DNA from: Clostridiales bacterium UBA7001
GTDB taxonomy: Bacteria; Bacillota; Clostridia; TANB77; CAG-508
Length of the DNA: 64,000 nucleotides
Direction of reading: 5' to 3'
Assembly (NCBI GenBank): GCA_002449785.1
Contig: DJXP01000019.1
Coordinates: forward strand, 102,676-166,675
A program made the position numbers and the translations under genes. The number at the start of each line of letters is the position of its first letter. Position 1 is the stretch's first letter. Shown here in pieces: positions 1-9,440 of this stretch. The notes under the pieces are model-generated. The model was given only the letters and a program-made list of their open reading frames with translations, was not told the origin of the DNA and ran no database searches.

Positions 1-615
1 TTAGAAATGATTCTAAATTATTTTGCAGATAAAAAAGAAGAATTTTCTCGAATACGTAATTATTTTTATTTAGCAGATTCATATTTAGGTTGCGATAACT
101 TATGCAAATTGTTTAAAGATAAAGTATGTCAAAAACAGTTTTTAAATTGCATAGGAATTGTTGATGGAGATAAAGAATTAGATGAAAAAGACATAAATAA
201 TAACTTGTTAAAACTACCAGGTAATGCAAGTATTGAAAAATTGGTATTCGATTATTCAAACAAATTATATGAGGAAAACATTGAAGACTTTTGGGATAAT
301 GATACTGTATCTGGAATGGGATTTACAAGGGTTTATTATAGAGATCATATAAAAGCTGATATTGATGATATAAAAGATAAATTAGGTAGCACAGATAAAA
401 AAGAAAGAGAATTAAATAAGGCATGTTTTAATAAAGATAATAATTATAACTTTTTTAAACTTATTCTTAAATATTGGATTAATCATACTGACAATCAGGC
501 AGAATTGGAGTATCTATATAATGGAATTTGTATCCTATATATGAAAACATCAGAATTGAATGGAATAAATAGAAAATTATTAAAAAAAATTGATGAAGAT
601 ACTGGCCAAATATAA
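1..615 (+). CDS. 5'-truncated ORF; C-terminal part of a possible Toprim/DUF4435-like (OLD-type) nuclease
   Basis: The reading frame is open to the window edge. The acidic motif 'CIGIVDGDKELDE' resembles a Toprim DxD motif. The ORF lies directly upstream of a Dam-type methyltransferase. Family assigned by eye only. Confidence 0.3.
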   Translation, partial: LEMILNYFADKKEEFSRIRNYFYLADSYLGCDNLCKLFKDKVCQKQFLNCIGIVDGDKELDEKDINNNLLKLPGNASIEKLVFDYSNKLYEENIEDFWDNDTVSGMGFTRVYYRDHIKADIDDIKDKLGSTDKKERELNKACFNKDNNYNFFKLILKYWINHTDNQAELEYLYNGICILYMKTSELNGINRKLLKKIDEDTGQI

Positions 616-653
616 AATTTTATGCTATGATTAGTATAAATAAGGAGGAACAT

Positions 654-1484
654 ATGATAAATACGCCATCACCATTAAGATATCCTGGTGGGAAAACCAT
701 ACTTTATGAAAAAGTAAAAAACATTATTAATAAAAATATAAGTGCAAAATGCACTTATGTAGAGCCTTTTGCAGGTGGATGTGGATTAGCATTGAAATTG
801 TTATTTAATAGCAATGTAGAAAAAATAATAATAAATGACTATGATTATGCAATTTATTGTGTATGGGACAGTATTTTAAATAATGCTGAACAATATATTG
901 AAAAAATTAATAATATAAATATAGATATAGAAGAATGGAATAGACAGCGTTACATATATGAAAATAAACAAGATTATTCTAAAATAGATGTAGCAATTGC
1001 AACTTTATTCTTAAATAGGACAAACATTTCTGGTGTTATAAAGGGTGGACCTATAGGAGGAATAAATCAAAACGGGAAATATAAAATTGATTGTAGATTT
1101 AATAAGAAAACACTAACAGATAAAATAATGAAGATATATAGCTATAAAGATAAGATTGAACTATATAATATGGAAGCAAATGAATTTATCGAAAAAGTTA
1201 TAACAAACAGAAAGGAAAAATTGTTTATCTATTTAGATCCACCATATTTTCAAAAAGGACCTATTTTATACAAAAACTTTTTTAACAAAGAAAACCATAA
1301 AGAACTATCTAATGTTATAAAGAAATATTTAGATAATTATAAATGGATAATTACATATGACAATAACGAAACAATTAAAGAAATGTATGATAATTATAGA
1401 ATAGAAATTTTTGATTTACCATATTCAGCTGGAAATAATAAAAATGGTAAAGAAATTATGATATACTCTAATATGTTGAAATAA
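654..1484 (+). CDS. D12-class (Dam family) N6-adenine DNA methyltransferase
   Basis: N-terminal 'PLRYPGGK', motif I 'EPFAGGCG' and motif IV 'DPPY'. The AGGAGG Shine-Dalgarno sequence at 641-646 favours the ATG at 654 over the ATG at 627. Confidence 0.85.
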   Translation: MINTPSPLRYPGGKTILYEKVKNIINKNISAKCTYVEPFAGGCGLALKLLFNSNVEKIIINDYDYAIYCVWDSILNNAEQYIEKINNINIDIEEWNRQRYIYENKQDYSKIDVAIATLFLNRTNISGVIKGGPIGGINQNGKYKIDCRFNKKTLTDKIMKIYSYKDKIELYNMEANEFIEKVITNRKEKLFIYLDPPYFQKGPILYKNFFNKENHKELSNVIKKYLDNYKWIITYDNNETIKEMYDNYRIEIFDLPYSAGNNKNGKEIMIYSNMLK

Positions 1485-1513
1485 TAAAGGCGAGAATTAA
1501 AACTCGACTTTAA

Positions 1514-1807
1514 CTATTCATTAAAACAGCCAACAACTAACTGGAAACCATCTACAAAACCATTTCTATAATATTTCTCGAACCAATAATGCATATATTC
1601 CATAATATTATCATCTAGCTTTTCTAATTGAGATTTTACATATTCAATGTTATTGCCAGAAACATTGTTTAGAATATCTTCTGAGATTTCTTCAAAATAA
1701 ATAAAATGCTCTTTATCTTCTTTACAAGTAAGAGAACCAAGTTCTTCTTCTCTAAAATCCAACCATTCTTTTAAAATGTCATTGGCTACTTTTCTATAAC
1801 TTCCCAT
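1514..1807 (-). CDS. Small acidic hypothetical protein (97 aa)
   Basis: Clean ORF with GGAGG-type Shine-Dalgarno sequence (revcomp of 1811-1819). No recognisable motif. Confidence 0.5.
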   Translation of the reverse strand: MGSYRKVANDILKEWLDFREEELGSLTCKEDKEHFIYFEEISEDILNNVSGNNIEYVKSQLEKLDDNIMEYMHYWFEKYYRNGFVDGFQLVVGCFNE

Positions 1808-1881
1808 AAGCTACCTCCTTAAAAATTGTTGTTATTAATCACTTAAAAATCTCTAAAAGTCAAGTCATTTATGAAAAATAA

Positions 1882-2111
1882 TTCCGTCAACGTTTCGTAT
1901 ACGAGTCGTCCACATATTGTATACAATTTGTATACAAATGATTTCCACTTGGTTGCCATCTGGTATACCATTGGTCGACCAGGAAGAATAGGAAAAATAT
2001 TTCCGTCAACGATCCGTCGACGTGTCGTATACGTAATGTATACATGATGTATCCAAATTGTATCCATCAAGAAGTGATTTTGGTATACCAAATGTCAACC
2101 ATTGGTCAACC
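1882..2111. repeat. Two imperfect tandem units (1882-1980 and 2001-2111) carrying ordered GTATAC-centred palindromes
   Basis: Both units contain the same motifs in the same order: TTCCGTCAACG, TCGTATACG, TGTATACA, TGTAT(A/C)CA, TGGTATACCA, ATTGGTC(G/A)ACC. There are seven GTATAC hexamers within about 200 bp. Confidence 0.8.
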
Positions 2112-2607
2112 AAAAAAAGCGGAAAAAGTTTTCATATATAGCTTGAAAGTACCAATATATTCCATAAAAATAAACGGCAGAAAAGCGGCAAAAATCTTAA
2201 AAGCGAACAATATATCGCAATATTTCACGATATTTTAAAACAAGTTAAAATAAAGATGCTCTTAGAGCTGTAACACTTTGCAACATTTTAAAGATTTTTG
2301 AAATATCTCTAAATATTGGACTATTCGCCTTCATAACCCGAAGGTCTAATCTATCGAAATACCGAATTGACAATTTTTATCAAATACATAAAATTATTAC
2401 CAGGAGTTGATATTTTCTTCGTTTTATATTACAGGAGACACCCATTCAGATTTTACAAGATTTACTGAAACCCAATTTTCAATAAAAATTGAAATGTCAA
2501 AAAAGATAAAAAATCAAAAAAAGTTCGAGAAATATTTATAACTTCTCTAACTTTTTTCTTTTTTATGATATATTATAATTATAATAAATTAAATTTAGGA
2601 GTTTAAA

Positions 2608-3645
2608 ATGAATTGGATTATAACAGAACCACATAATTTACCACTAATATTATGTGGAGTATTTTATAGCATTTTATGTATTTTTAGTATAGTTACAGGA
2701 TTAATTTATGCAAGTGGAAAGAAGAAATTAAATCCCTTAGAACTGTCAGATAAGTTTATGGAAAAACTATCAGATGAAGAAAAATTAAAAGCTTTTACAA
2801 TAAAAATGGGATGGGTTACATTTGTAGTTGGAATTGTGCAAGGATTAACTGCGTTTTCAATCTTTAATGGATATAACACATTTTTAAATATTTTTGCAAT
2901 ATGTTTTACTATTTTTTCAATATGCTCAGTAATGTTTAAATTAAAAGGAAAAATTAATCTTTTTCCAGTAATTAAATTATTTTTCTATGCTACTATTTTA
3001 TTAATTCTATGGCTAGCAGGAGTGAAAAGATATAGTGCTACAAATGAAGCAATTCAGTATTTAAAAAGCTCTGAAACTGTTAAAGTTTCTAAAATAGAAG
3101 AAGGATACTTCTTTGATGGACCAGGAGATGAAATAGCAATTATATTTTTCCCTGGTGCAAGAGTTCAATATACTGCATATGCAAAATTAATGTATAAATT
3201 TGCAGAAAATGGAAAAGATTGTTTTTTACTTGCATCACCACTTAATTTTGCATTTTTAAATACATATACACCAGAAAAAATCATGCAAAAATATAGTTAT
3301 GAAAGATGGTACATTTCAGGACATTCTTTAGGTGGAGTAGTTGCATGTAGATATGCATCAGATAAGCCATCAAAAGTAAAAGGAGTTATTTGTCTAGCTT
3401 CATATCCTGCTAAAGAATTGCCATCAAATTTAGAATATATTTCTATATATGGAAGTGAAGATAAAGTCTTAAATATGGAAATGCTTGAAAAATCTAAAAA
3501 ATATTTACCAGAGAATAATCAAATATTTGTTATAGATGGAGGAAATCATTCTGGATTTGCAAATTATGGAAAACAAGATGGAGATGGTAAAGCAAAAATT
3601 TCATCAGATGAACAGCAAGATTTTGTAATTAATAATATTTACTAG
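2608..3645 (+). CDS. Membrane-anchored alpha/beta-hydrolase
   Basis: About four N-terminal transmembrane (TM) helices, then the nucleophile elbow 'GHSLGG' and a C-terminal 'GGNHSGF' histidine region. Confidence 0.7.
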   Translation: MNWIITEPHNLPLILCGVFYSILCIFSIVTGLIYASGKKKLNPLELSDKFMEKLSDEEKLKAFTIKMGWVTFVVGIVQGLTAFSIFNGYNTFLNIFAICFTIFSICSVMFKLKGKINLFPVIKLFFYATILLILWLAGVKRYSATNEAIQYLKSSETVKVSKIEEGYFFDGPGDEIAIIFFPGARVQYTAYAKLMYKFAENGKDCFLLASPLNFAFLNTYTPEKIMQKYSYERWYISGHSLGGVVACRYASDKPSKVKGVICLASYPAKELPSNLEYISIYGSEDKVLNMEMLEKSKKYLPENNQIFVIDGGNHSGFANYGKQDGDGKAKISSDEQQDFVINNIY

Positions 3646-3729
3646 TTAAATACTAATTAGTGTGATATACTTGTTAGGATAAAAAATTAAAAGATAAGTT
3701 TAATAAAGCTTAAATATTAGGAGAAAAAT

Positions 3730-4377
3730 ATGAAAGTATATGGAGAAACAATATTTGATATTTGTTACCTTTTATGCGCATTAATAATAGGAATTCTTAT
3801 ATTAATAAAAAGTAAAAATAAATTAGGAAAATTAATGGGATTTGCAACATTAATTTTAGGATTTGGAGATGCATTTCATCTTATACCAAGAATATTAAGT
3901 TACTTTATTAGTTATGATTTTACAGCTAGTTTAGGTATAGGGAAATTAATTACATCAATTACAATGACAATATTTTATATATTTATGTTTTACATTTATA
4001 AAAATAACTATAATGATAATCCTAAAAAAAGTATAGAATACAGCATTTGGGTTCTAGCAGTAATTAGAATAATACTCTGCCTTTTGCCACAAAATAATTG
4101 GATAACAAATGATGGCTCTAGTAGCATTGGTATAATAAGAAATATTCCATTTATATTTATGGGATTAATGATTATATTTTTATATTTTCAAAAGAAAGAT
4201 GAAGATATTGTGCTAAAAAATATATGGTTATATGTGCTATTATCGTTTTTATTTTATATTCCAGTAGTAGTTGGAGCATCATTGGTTCCAATGCTAGGAA
4301 TGTTTATGCTACCAAAAACAGTATGTTATGTTTTAATAATTTTATGCTTTAAAAATAAGGTGAAAAATTTAAGTTAG
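3730..4377 (+). CDS. Polytopic membrane protein, unknown function
   Basis: 215 aa with about 6-7 hydrophobic helices. Shine-Dalgarno sequence AGGAG upstream. Confidence 0.6.
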   Translation: MKVYGETIFDICYLLCALIIGILILIKSKNKLGKLMGFATLILGFGDAFHLIPRILSYFISYDFTASLGIGKLITSITMTIFYIFMFYIYKNNYNDNPKKSIEYSIWVLAVIRIILCLLPQNNWITNDGSSSIGIIRNIPFIFMGLMIIFLYFQKKDEDIVLKNIWLYVLLSFLFYIPVVVGASLVPMLGMFMLPKTVCYVLIILCFKNKVKNLS

Positions 4378-4384
4378 AAGTGTT

Positions 4385-5494
4385 TTAAGGTTGGTCAAAT
4401 GTATTATTTATACTTTGAAAAGACTTATGATTTTCTATATTAGTAGCACACTCATTTAGGAAATCATGTATACCTTGTAGATTTTCAATAATTTCAGCTT
4501 TGTTTTTTTCAAACCAATCAAAGTCAAGAGCATGTTTATATCTTTCATATGTATGCTTAACTAATAAATCCATTTTGGAATTTAAATTTTCCCAAGAATT
4601 TTCAGGAGATTTTGCAACTGAGTTATAAATTTGCTCTGAATTATTTGTACCCATAAATTGGTCTTGCTTAATTGTTTGACCCAATTTACATTTATTTAAT
4701 AATTTATCTGCACATATAGTTTCTTGTCTGTAACCACTTGAAACATATGTGCTTCTTCCTTTTGGAAGTGTTAAGGATTTTCTAAACTCTCTACATGATT
4801 CAGGAATATCATTTATTGGAATTGATAGAATTCTATTCATAATATTGTTTTCATCATATGTATTTATCCCTTCTTCAAGGCCTATATTTTTTTCGTCAAT
4901 ATCTTCAATAATAATTTTTCCATCTTGCATATAAACTTTACTTTGAAGAGTAGAGATTCCAGTTCGTGTAATTAATATGTTTTCTCCATTTTCATTTTGT
5001 ATTAGTCTCATACTATTTTTATTAGATTTAAAAGCATGAGATAATTCATGAACAAAAGTTGCAAGCATTTCTGGTTTATTTGGACTATCTAACAAAGACA
5101 CTATTTCGTGTTTTCCATTTAAACTTATAATACCATTTTCTTCTGAAAAAATAGGAAAAACATAATTAATTCCAGCAGATTTTTTTAATTCGCTAATTCC
5201 TACCGCAGTATTTTTTGACTTCATTTCAGTATTTGCAGGTGTGTGCCTTTTAACAACATCATAAATATTTTCTTCATTTTGTGGAATTTCAATAGTTACT
5301 TGTTTTAATACATCAAATAAAATATCTTTATACTCATGACCATAATATTCTATCATTATAGGAAATGAAAGCCTTAAAAGATTAGCAATCTTCTCATCAT
5401 ATTTTTTCTCTGAAATAATGGCTTCTAATTCAGAACTATATTGTGAATAAGGGTTGTATTTATATTTTTCTTGAAATGTTTGCATGTTTTTCAC
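4385..5494 (-). CDS. Hypothetical protein with HExxH zinc-metallopeptidase-like motif
   Basis: 'VHELSHAF' motif. No signal peptide. Confidence 0.45.
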   Translation of the reverse strand: MKNMQTFQEKYKYNPYSQYSSELEAIISEKKYDEKIANLLRLSFPIMIEYYGHEYKDILFDVLKQVTIEIPQNEENIYDVVKRHTPANTEMKSKNTAVGISELKKSAGINYVFPIFSEENGIISLNGKHEIVSLLDSPNKPEMLATFVHELSHAFKSNKNSMRLIQNENGENILITRTGISTLQSKVYMQDGKIIIEDIDEKNIGLEEGINTYDENNIMNRILSIPINDIPESCREFRKSLTLPKGRSTYVSSGYRQETICADKLLNKCKLGQTIKQDQFMGTNNSEQIYNSVAKSPENSWENLNSKMDLLVKHTYERYKHALDFDWFEKNKAEIIENLQGIHDFLNECATNIENHKSFQSINNTFDQP

Positions 5495-5552
5495 CTCAAA
5501 ATAATTATATTATTATTTTACTTAATGTGCAATGGTATTAGCTTTAATAAAG

Positions 5553-5581
5553 TTGACATTTTTGTAAAAACGTAGCATAAT
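5553..5581 (+). promoter_or_regulatory. SigA-type promoter of yqeG-like gene
   Basis: TTGACA (5553-5558), 17-nt spacer, CATAAT (5576-5581). Confidence 0.5.
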
Positions 5582-5618
5582 ATAAAAATGAATAAGAGAA
5601 TGTAGTAGGAGAGGCAAA

Positions 5619-6116
5619 ATGAAAAGACCGGAAGAGATATTAGGTGATCAAATTTTAAGATTAGTTCATTATACATTATCTAAAGTTATAAAGCCAGATA
5701 TAACATTAGATAAGGTCACAGATTTAAGTGCTGATGAATTAGAGAAAATAAAAAGAAAATATGGTATAGAAGCTATTATTTTGGATGTAGATGATACTTT
5801 AAGAGCTGAAACAGATATGATTCCAAAAGCAAATCGAGAATGGATTGAAAGTCTTAGAGGAAAAGTTAAAATAATTATTTTGAGTAATGGAATAGATAAA
5901 AATATTGAAAAATATTTTTCTGATATAGGTATAGATTATATAGGGTTTGCACATAAACCATTTAAAATGAATTTTGTGAAAGCTTGTCAAAGGCTAGGAG
6001 TTAAACCGGAAAATGTTCTAATGGTAGGTAATAGCCTATTTGATGATATATATGGAGGGCAGAGAAACAATATGAAAACAGCTTTAGTTAAAAGTGTTGA
6101 GGAACATGAATTATAA
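5619..6116 (+). CDS. yqeG: YqeG-family HAD-IIIA phosphatase
   Basis: 'ILDVDDTL' (HAD motif I), 'ILSNG', 'HKP' and 'VGNSLFDDIYGG'. Length and layout match B. subtilis YqeG. Confidence 0.8.
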   Translation: MKRPEEILGDQILRLVHYTLSKVIKPDITLDKVTDLSADELEKIKRKYGIEAIILDVDDTLRAETDMIPKANREWIESLRGKVKIIILSNGIDKNIEKYFSDIGIDYIGFAHKPFKMNFVKACQRLGVKPENVLMVGNSLFDDIYGGQRNNMKTALVKSVEEHEL

Positions 6117-6167
6117 AATTCGATTTTGAACTATGCTTTTAAGTAATTTATTAAACAATTAAAAAAG

Positions 6168-6665
6168 TTAAAGATTAGCTAATGAGAAAAACCGTGTATA
6201 TTCATTACTGTGACCAGTCATTTTTCTTTTATTTTTACTGCTATTACTATTTTTATTTATATTATTTTTACTTTTTATATTTGATAAATCATGTGGGCTT
6301 ATTATACCACAACGAAATTCTAAATTAGGAATTTCATCTGTAAATTCTACTTTACATTTTTTATATCTTTTTTTATAATCTTTTATTTTTTTATTAATTT
6401 TTTCTTCATCTTTTCGAGATAAAGAATGTATGTATTTATGGGCTAATTCACATACTAAACTACAATTATATTCTGCAGTTTTTCCCCCTTCTGCTCTATG
6501 CTTAAAATGATGAACAGTTATAGTATTTATTAATTTTTTTAGCTCTTTTGATGTATATTTTTGTGTAAATTTTCTAAAGTGCACTGTATCACAATGAGCT
6601 GCTAAAAACATACACTTATTTCCATATATTTTTGCCAATTGTCGATGAATATTTGTATTACTCAT
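6168..6665 (-). CDS. HNH endonuclease domain protein
   Basis: 'VHHFKHRAEGGKTAEYNCSLVCELAHKYIH' (H-H...N...H pattern), followed by a basic low-complexity tail. Confidence 0.65.
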   Translation of the reverse strand: MSNTNIHRQLAKIYGNKCMFLAAHCDTVHFRKFTQKYTSKELKKLINTITVHHFKHRAEGGKTAEYNCSLVCELAHKYIHSLSRKDEEKINKKIKDYKKRYKKCKVEFTDEIPNLEFRCGIISPHDLSNIKSKNNINKNSNSSKNKRKMTGHSNEYTRFFSLANL

Positions 6666-6849
6666 TATAACTTCCTTACTTAATATTTTATATAAAGTAT
6701 AATTTTCAATTAATAAAATTAATATTTTTTAAAAATTATAACACCATAAATACAAGTTGTAAACAGATTTTTGTTTAATTATTATATTGATTAATTAATA
6801 ATAAATATGTATAATGTAAATATATTTATGTTTGAGAGGAAGAAGAAAA

Positions 6850-7284
6850 ATGGAAAGTACTGAAGAAAAAATTGAAGAAGTTCTACTAGTAGCATCAATG
6901 GATGATATTTTAATAAGTCAAGTTTGTGCTGTATTAGAAGAAAATAATATACCATTTATTAAAGTTGATGAAGGAAGTGGCTCATATATGAATATATATA
7001 TGGGATTTTCTAATCAAGAAAAGAAAATAATTGTAAGTAAGGAAAATTATGACAAAGCAGGAGAATTAATAAGTCCATTACTTACAACAAAAGAAGAAGA
7101 AGGATTAGAAGATGAAGAACTTCCAGAGGAACTTAAAGAGGATAATACTGAAGATGAAAATATGAATGCAGAAAACAGTCAAAAAGCTCATGCAATGTTA
7201 AGACATATATTAGGATTTTTAGTATTAGTTGTACCTACAATTATTGTTTTAATAGTATTAATTGCATCAAATATAATGAATTAA
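6850..7284 (+). CDS. Hypothetical protein: DUF2007-like N-terminal domain, acidic linker and C-terminal TM helix
   Basis: The ATG at 6850 is preferred over the TTG at 6832. The C-terminal hydrophobic helix is 'ILGFLVLVVPTIIVLIVLIA'. Confidence 0.45.
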   Translation: MESTEEKIEEVLLVASMDDILISQVCAVLEENNIPFIKVDEGSGSYMNIYMGFSNQEKKIIVSKENYDKAGELISPLLTTKEEEGLEDEELPEELKEDNTEDENMNAENSQKAHAMLRHILGFLVLVVPTIIVLIVLIASNIMN

Positions 7285-7316
7285 AAAAATAGAATTTTTA
7301 TAATTTGGAGATTCTT

Positions 7317-7802
7317 ATGATTGAAAATTATAGTAAATATATTGATGAAACTATAAAATTAATAGAAAATACAATGTTTGCGACAATTGCAACAGCAAAT
7401 AAAAATGGAGATGTTTCAGCGAGTAAAGTAACAATTGTTAATGATGGTTTAGACATATATTTTCAAACAGATAGTTCTTTTGAAAAAGCTAAAAATATTA
7501 AAGAGAATAATAAAATTGCTATTAATTTAGGAGCAACATATGCAAAAGGTATAGCTGAAATTATTGGAAAACCAATACAAAATGAAATGTTTATAAATAA
7601 AATGAAAAAAAAGAATATACATACATATAACGATTATTCAAAATTAGAAAATGAAGTTTTAATAAAGGTAGTTTTAACTGAAATTAGAATTTGGAAATAT
7701 GATAAAATTGATGGAAAAACAGAAGAATATTTAATTATAATAGATTTAAATAATAAAATTTCAAATAAAATTAAACTTGATAATATGAGCTATTATGAAT
7801 AA
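7317..7802 (+). CDS. Pyridoxamine-5'-phosphate-oxidase-like FMN-binding split-barrel protein
   Basis: The 'MFATIATANKNGDVSASKVTIV...LDIYFQTDSSFEKAKNI' pattern is typical of this fold. GGAG Shine-Dalgarno sequence before the ATG at 7317. Confidence 0.5.
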   Translation: MIENYSKYIDETIKLIENTMFATIATANKNGDVSASKVTIVNDGLDIYFQTDSSFEKAKNIKENNKIAINLGATYAKGIAEIIGKPIQNEMFINKMKKKNIHTYNDYSKLENEVLIKVVLTEIRIWKYDKIDGKTEEYLIIIDLNNKISNKIKLDNMSYYE

Positions 7803-7818
7803 AAAAGGAGAATTAGCA

Positions 7819-8322
7819 ATGAAATTAGATTATAAAAAAATTGAAGAAAATGATAAAGAACAATTATTTAAATTAATTAATGCTGTTTTAGATGGACTGC
7901 CAGATCCAAGTCATTTCATTCCATATGAACAATGGGAATTAGATAGTATGTTTGATGAAGTTAATTATGCACCTTTATATGGGGCATATGATGGAGAAAA
8001 ACTTGTGGGAATGGCACAGTTATATGTATCACAAGATATGTTAGAAGAGTTTAAAAAAGAGTTTAATTTAACTGACTACAATGTATGTGAATTAGGTGGT
8101 AATTTAGTGTTACCTGAGTATAGAGGATTAGGAATAACTACGAATTTACAAACACTTGAAATGAGTCTTGCAAAAAAACTAGGTTTTGACTATATTATTT
8201 CAATGGCTCATCCTGATAATATTGCAAGTTGCAAAACATTAGAAAAAATAGGATTAGAATTTGTAAAAGAAACAAAGCTTTCAAATGGATTTTTAAGAAG
8301 ATTATATATGAAGAAAATATAA
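7819..8322 (+). CDS. GNAT family N-acetyltransferase
   Basis: Acetyl-CoA-binding motif 'LVLPEYRGLGITTNL'. AAGGAG Shine-Dalgarno sequence before the ATG at 7819. Confidence 0.75.
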   Translation: MKLDYKKIEENDKEQLFKLINAVLDGLPDPSHFIPYEQWELDSMFDEVNYAPLYGAYDGEKLVGMAQLYVSQDMLEEFKKEFNLTDYNVCELGGNLVLPEYRGLGITTNLQTLEMSLAKKLGFDYIISMAHPDNIASCKTLEKIGLEFVKETKLSNGFLRRLYMKKI

Positions 8323-8325
8323 GCC

Positions 8326-8363
8326 AAAAAACTCCATGCTATATAAATAGCATGGAGTTTTTG
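8326..8363. terminator. Bidirectional rho-independent terminator
   Basis: Stem ACTCCATGC / GCATGGAGT, flanked by an A-run and a T-run. It lies between convergent genes. Confidence 0.75.
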
Positions 8364-8414
8364 ATATTTTGTGGGGTGTCCATTGGTTGTTTCCACAGCC
8401 AAAAAAGGACGTCC

Positions 8415-9422
8415 CTAATGGTTTTTTAGAACATATCTGTATGCGATTTCATTTGTTACAATAACAAATTCACCGCTCACATTTTTTTCTGTTTCATAAA
8501 ACATTATTGGAATTCTTAATTCTTCCTCAACATCAAGCATTTGGTCGAAATTTTTTACATCAATAACATTTAGTTTTGAAAGGTCTACTGGATTTACTAA
8601 TTCTGCAACTATATCTCCATAGTTTTTAAGAATTTTGTTAATTGCTTTCTCATAATATGATTTACGAGAAAGGTTATATCTTATAGTATTATAAATTTCG
8701 TAAGCTGTATATAATATTGAAATAATTGAAACTATAATAGCAATAATAACTATAATAGGTGTTTTTTGTTTGCTTTCTGTTTTAATTTCAGCTTGTATAT
8801 TGCTTTGTTCATTTTTATTAATATCTATTATTTCTGTATTTAAATTAGTTGCAAGTCCGGTATAAGCAATTATTTTATTTGTATTATTATCTATTACATT
8901 TAAATTAATTTCTAATGTTGCATCAATTGGAATATTGTAGTCTAATTTAAATTGTTTTACTTTATCATTTAAAGCATCATAATTTACAATTGCTGAATCT
9001 TGGATTTCTATAGTGTTTTTATTTGGGATAATATCTTTATTATCTATTAATTTTTCTTCTTCAGTCCATAGTTCTTTTCCAGTTGAATTGTGTTTTACAG
9101 CAATTCTATATGTTATGTTATATTTATAATTAGAATCAAATTTTTTTGAATTTGTTAATTTATAATTATAATTTACTTCAATATCATCCACCAAATCTGT
9201 AATATATGTTTTGTCTTTTTCCATATATTCAGTTTTTATGAAATCATTTTTAAATATTTTAACTCTATAATCTATTTTAGAATCTTGATTTGATGCTTCA
9301 ATAATTGGAGCTTCAGGTTTATTAGAATTATTTAAGATTACAACTATAGAAATTAAAAATATAACTATTGATACAACTATTTTTAGATAATTGTTTCCTA
9401 AATTCTTTTTAGATTTACTCAT
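8415..9422 (-). CDS. Membrane-anchored accessory protein of the SipW operon (DUF5305-like)
   Basis: N-terminal TM helix, a large extracytoplasmic region, a second TM helix and a cytoplasmic tail. It is the last gene of the operon. The family name comes from memory of the architecture. Confidence 0.4.
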   Translation of the reverse strand: MSKSKKNLGNNYLKIVVSIVIFLISIVVILNNSNKPEAPIIEASNQDSKIDYRVKIFKNDFIKTEYMEKDKTYITDLVDDIEVNYNYKLTNSKKFDSNYKYNITYRIAVKHNSTGKELWTEEEKLIDNKDIIPNKNTIEIQDSAIVNYDALNDKVKQFKLDYNIPIDATLEINLNVIDNNTNKIIAYTGLATNLNTEIIDINKNEQSNIQAEIKTESKQKTPIIVIIAIIVSIISILYTAYEIYNTIRYNLSRKSYYEKAINKILKNYGDIVAELVNPVDLSKLNVIDVKNFDQMLDVEEELRIPIMFYETEKNVSGEFVIVTNEIAYRYVLKNH

Positions 9423-9440
9423 CTAAAACTTCCTCCTTTG

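Noticed and set aside
1843-2238. ORF-track ORFs 1843-2091 (-) and 2044-2238 (+)
   Set aside because: They lie entirely within the GTATAC tandem-repeat region. Their odd Val-Tyr-rich sequence is a by-product of the palindromes. Neither has a Shine-Dalgarno sequence, and they overlap each other.
2325-2345. Hairpin CCTTC-ATAACCC-GAAGG, considered as a tRNA T-arm or att remnant
   Set aside because: The loop does not match the T-loop consensus (TTCGAAT type). No acceptor or anticodon arms can be built around it.
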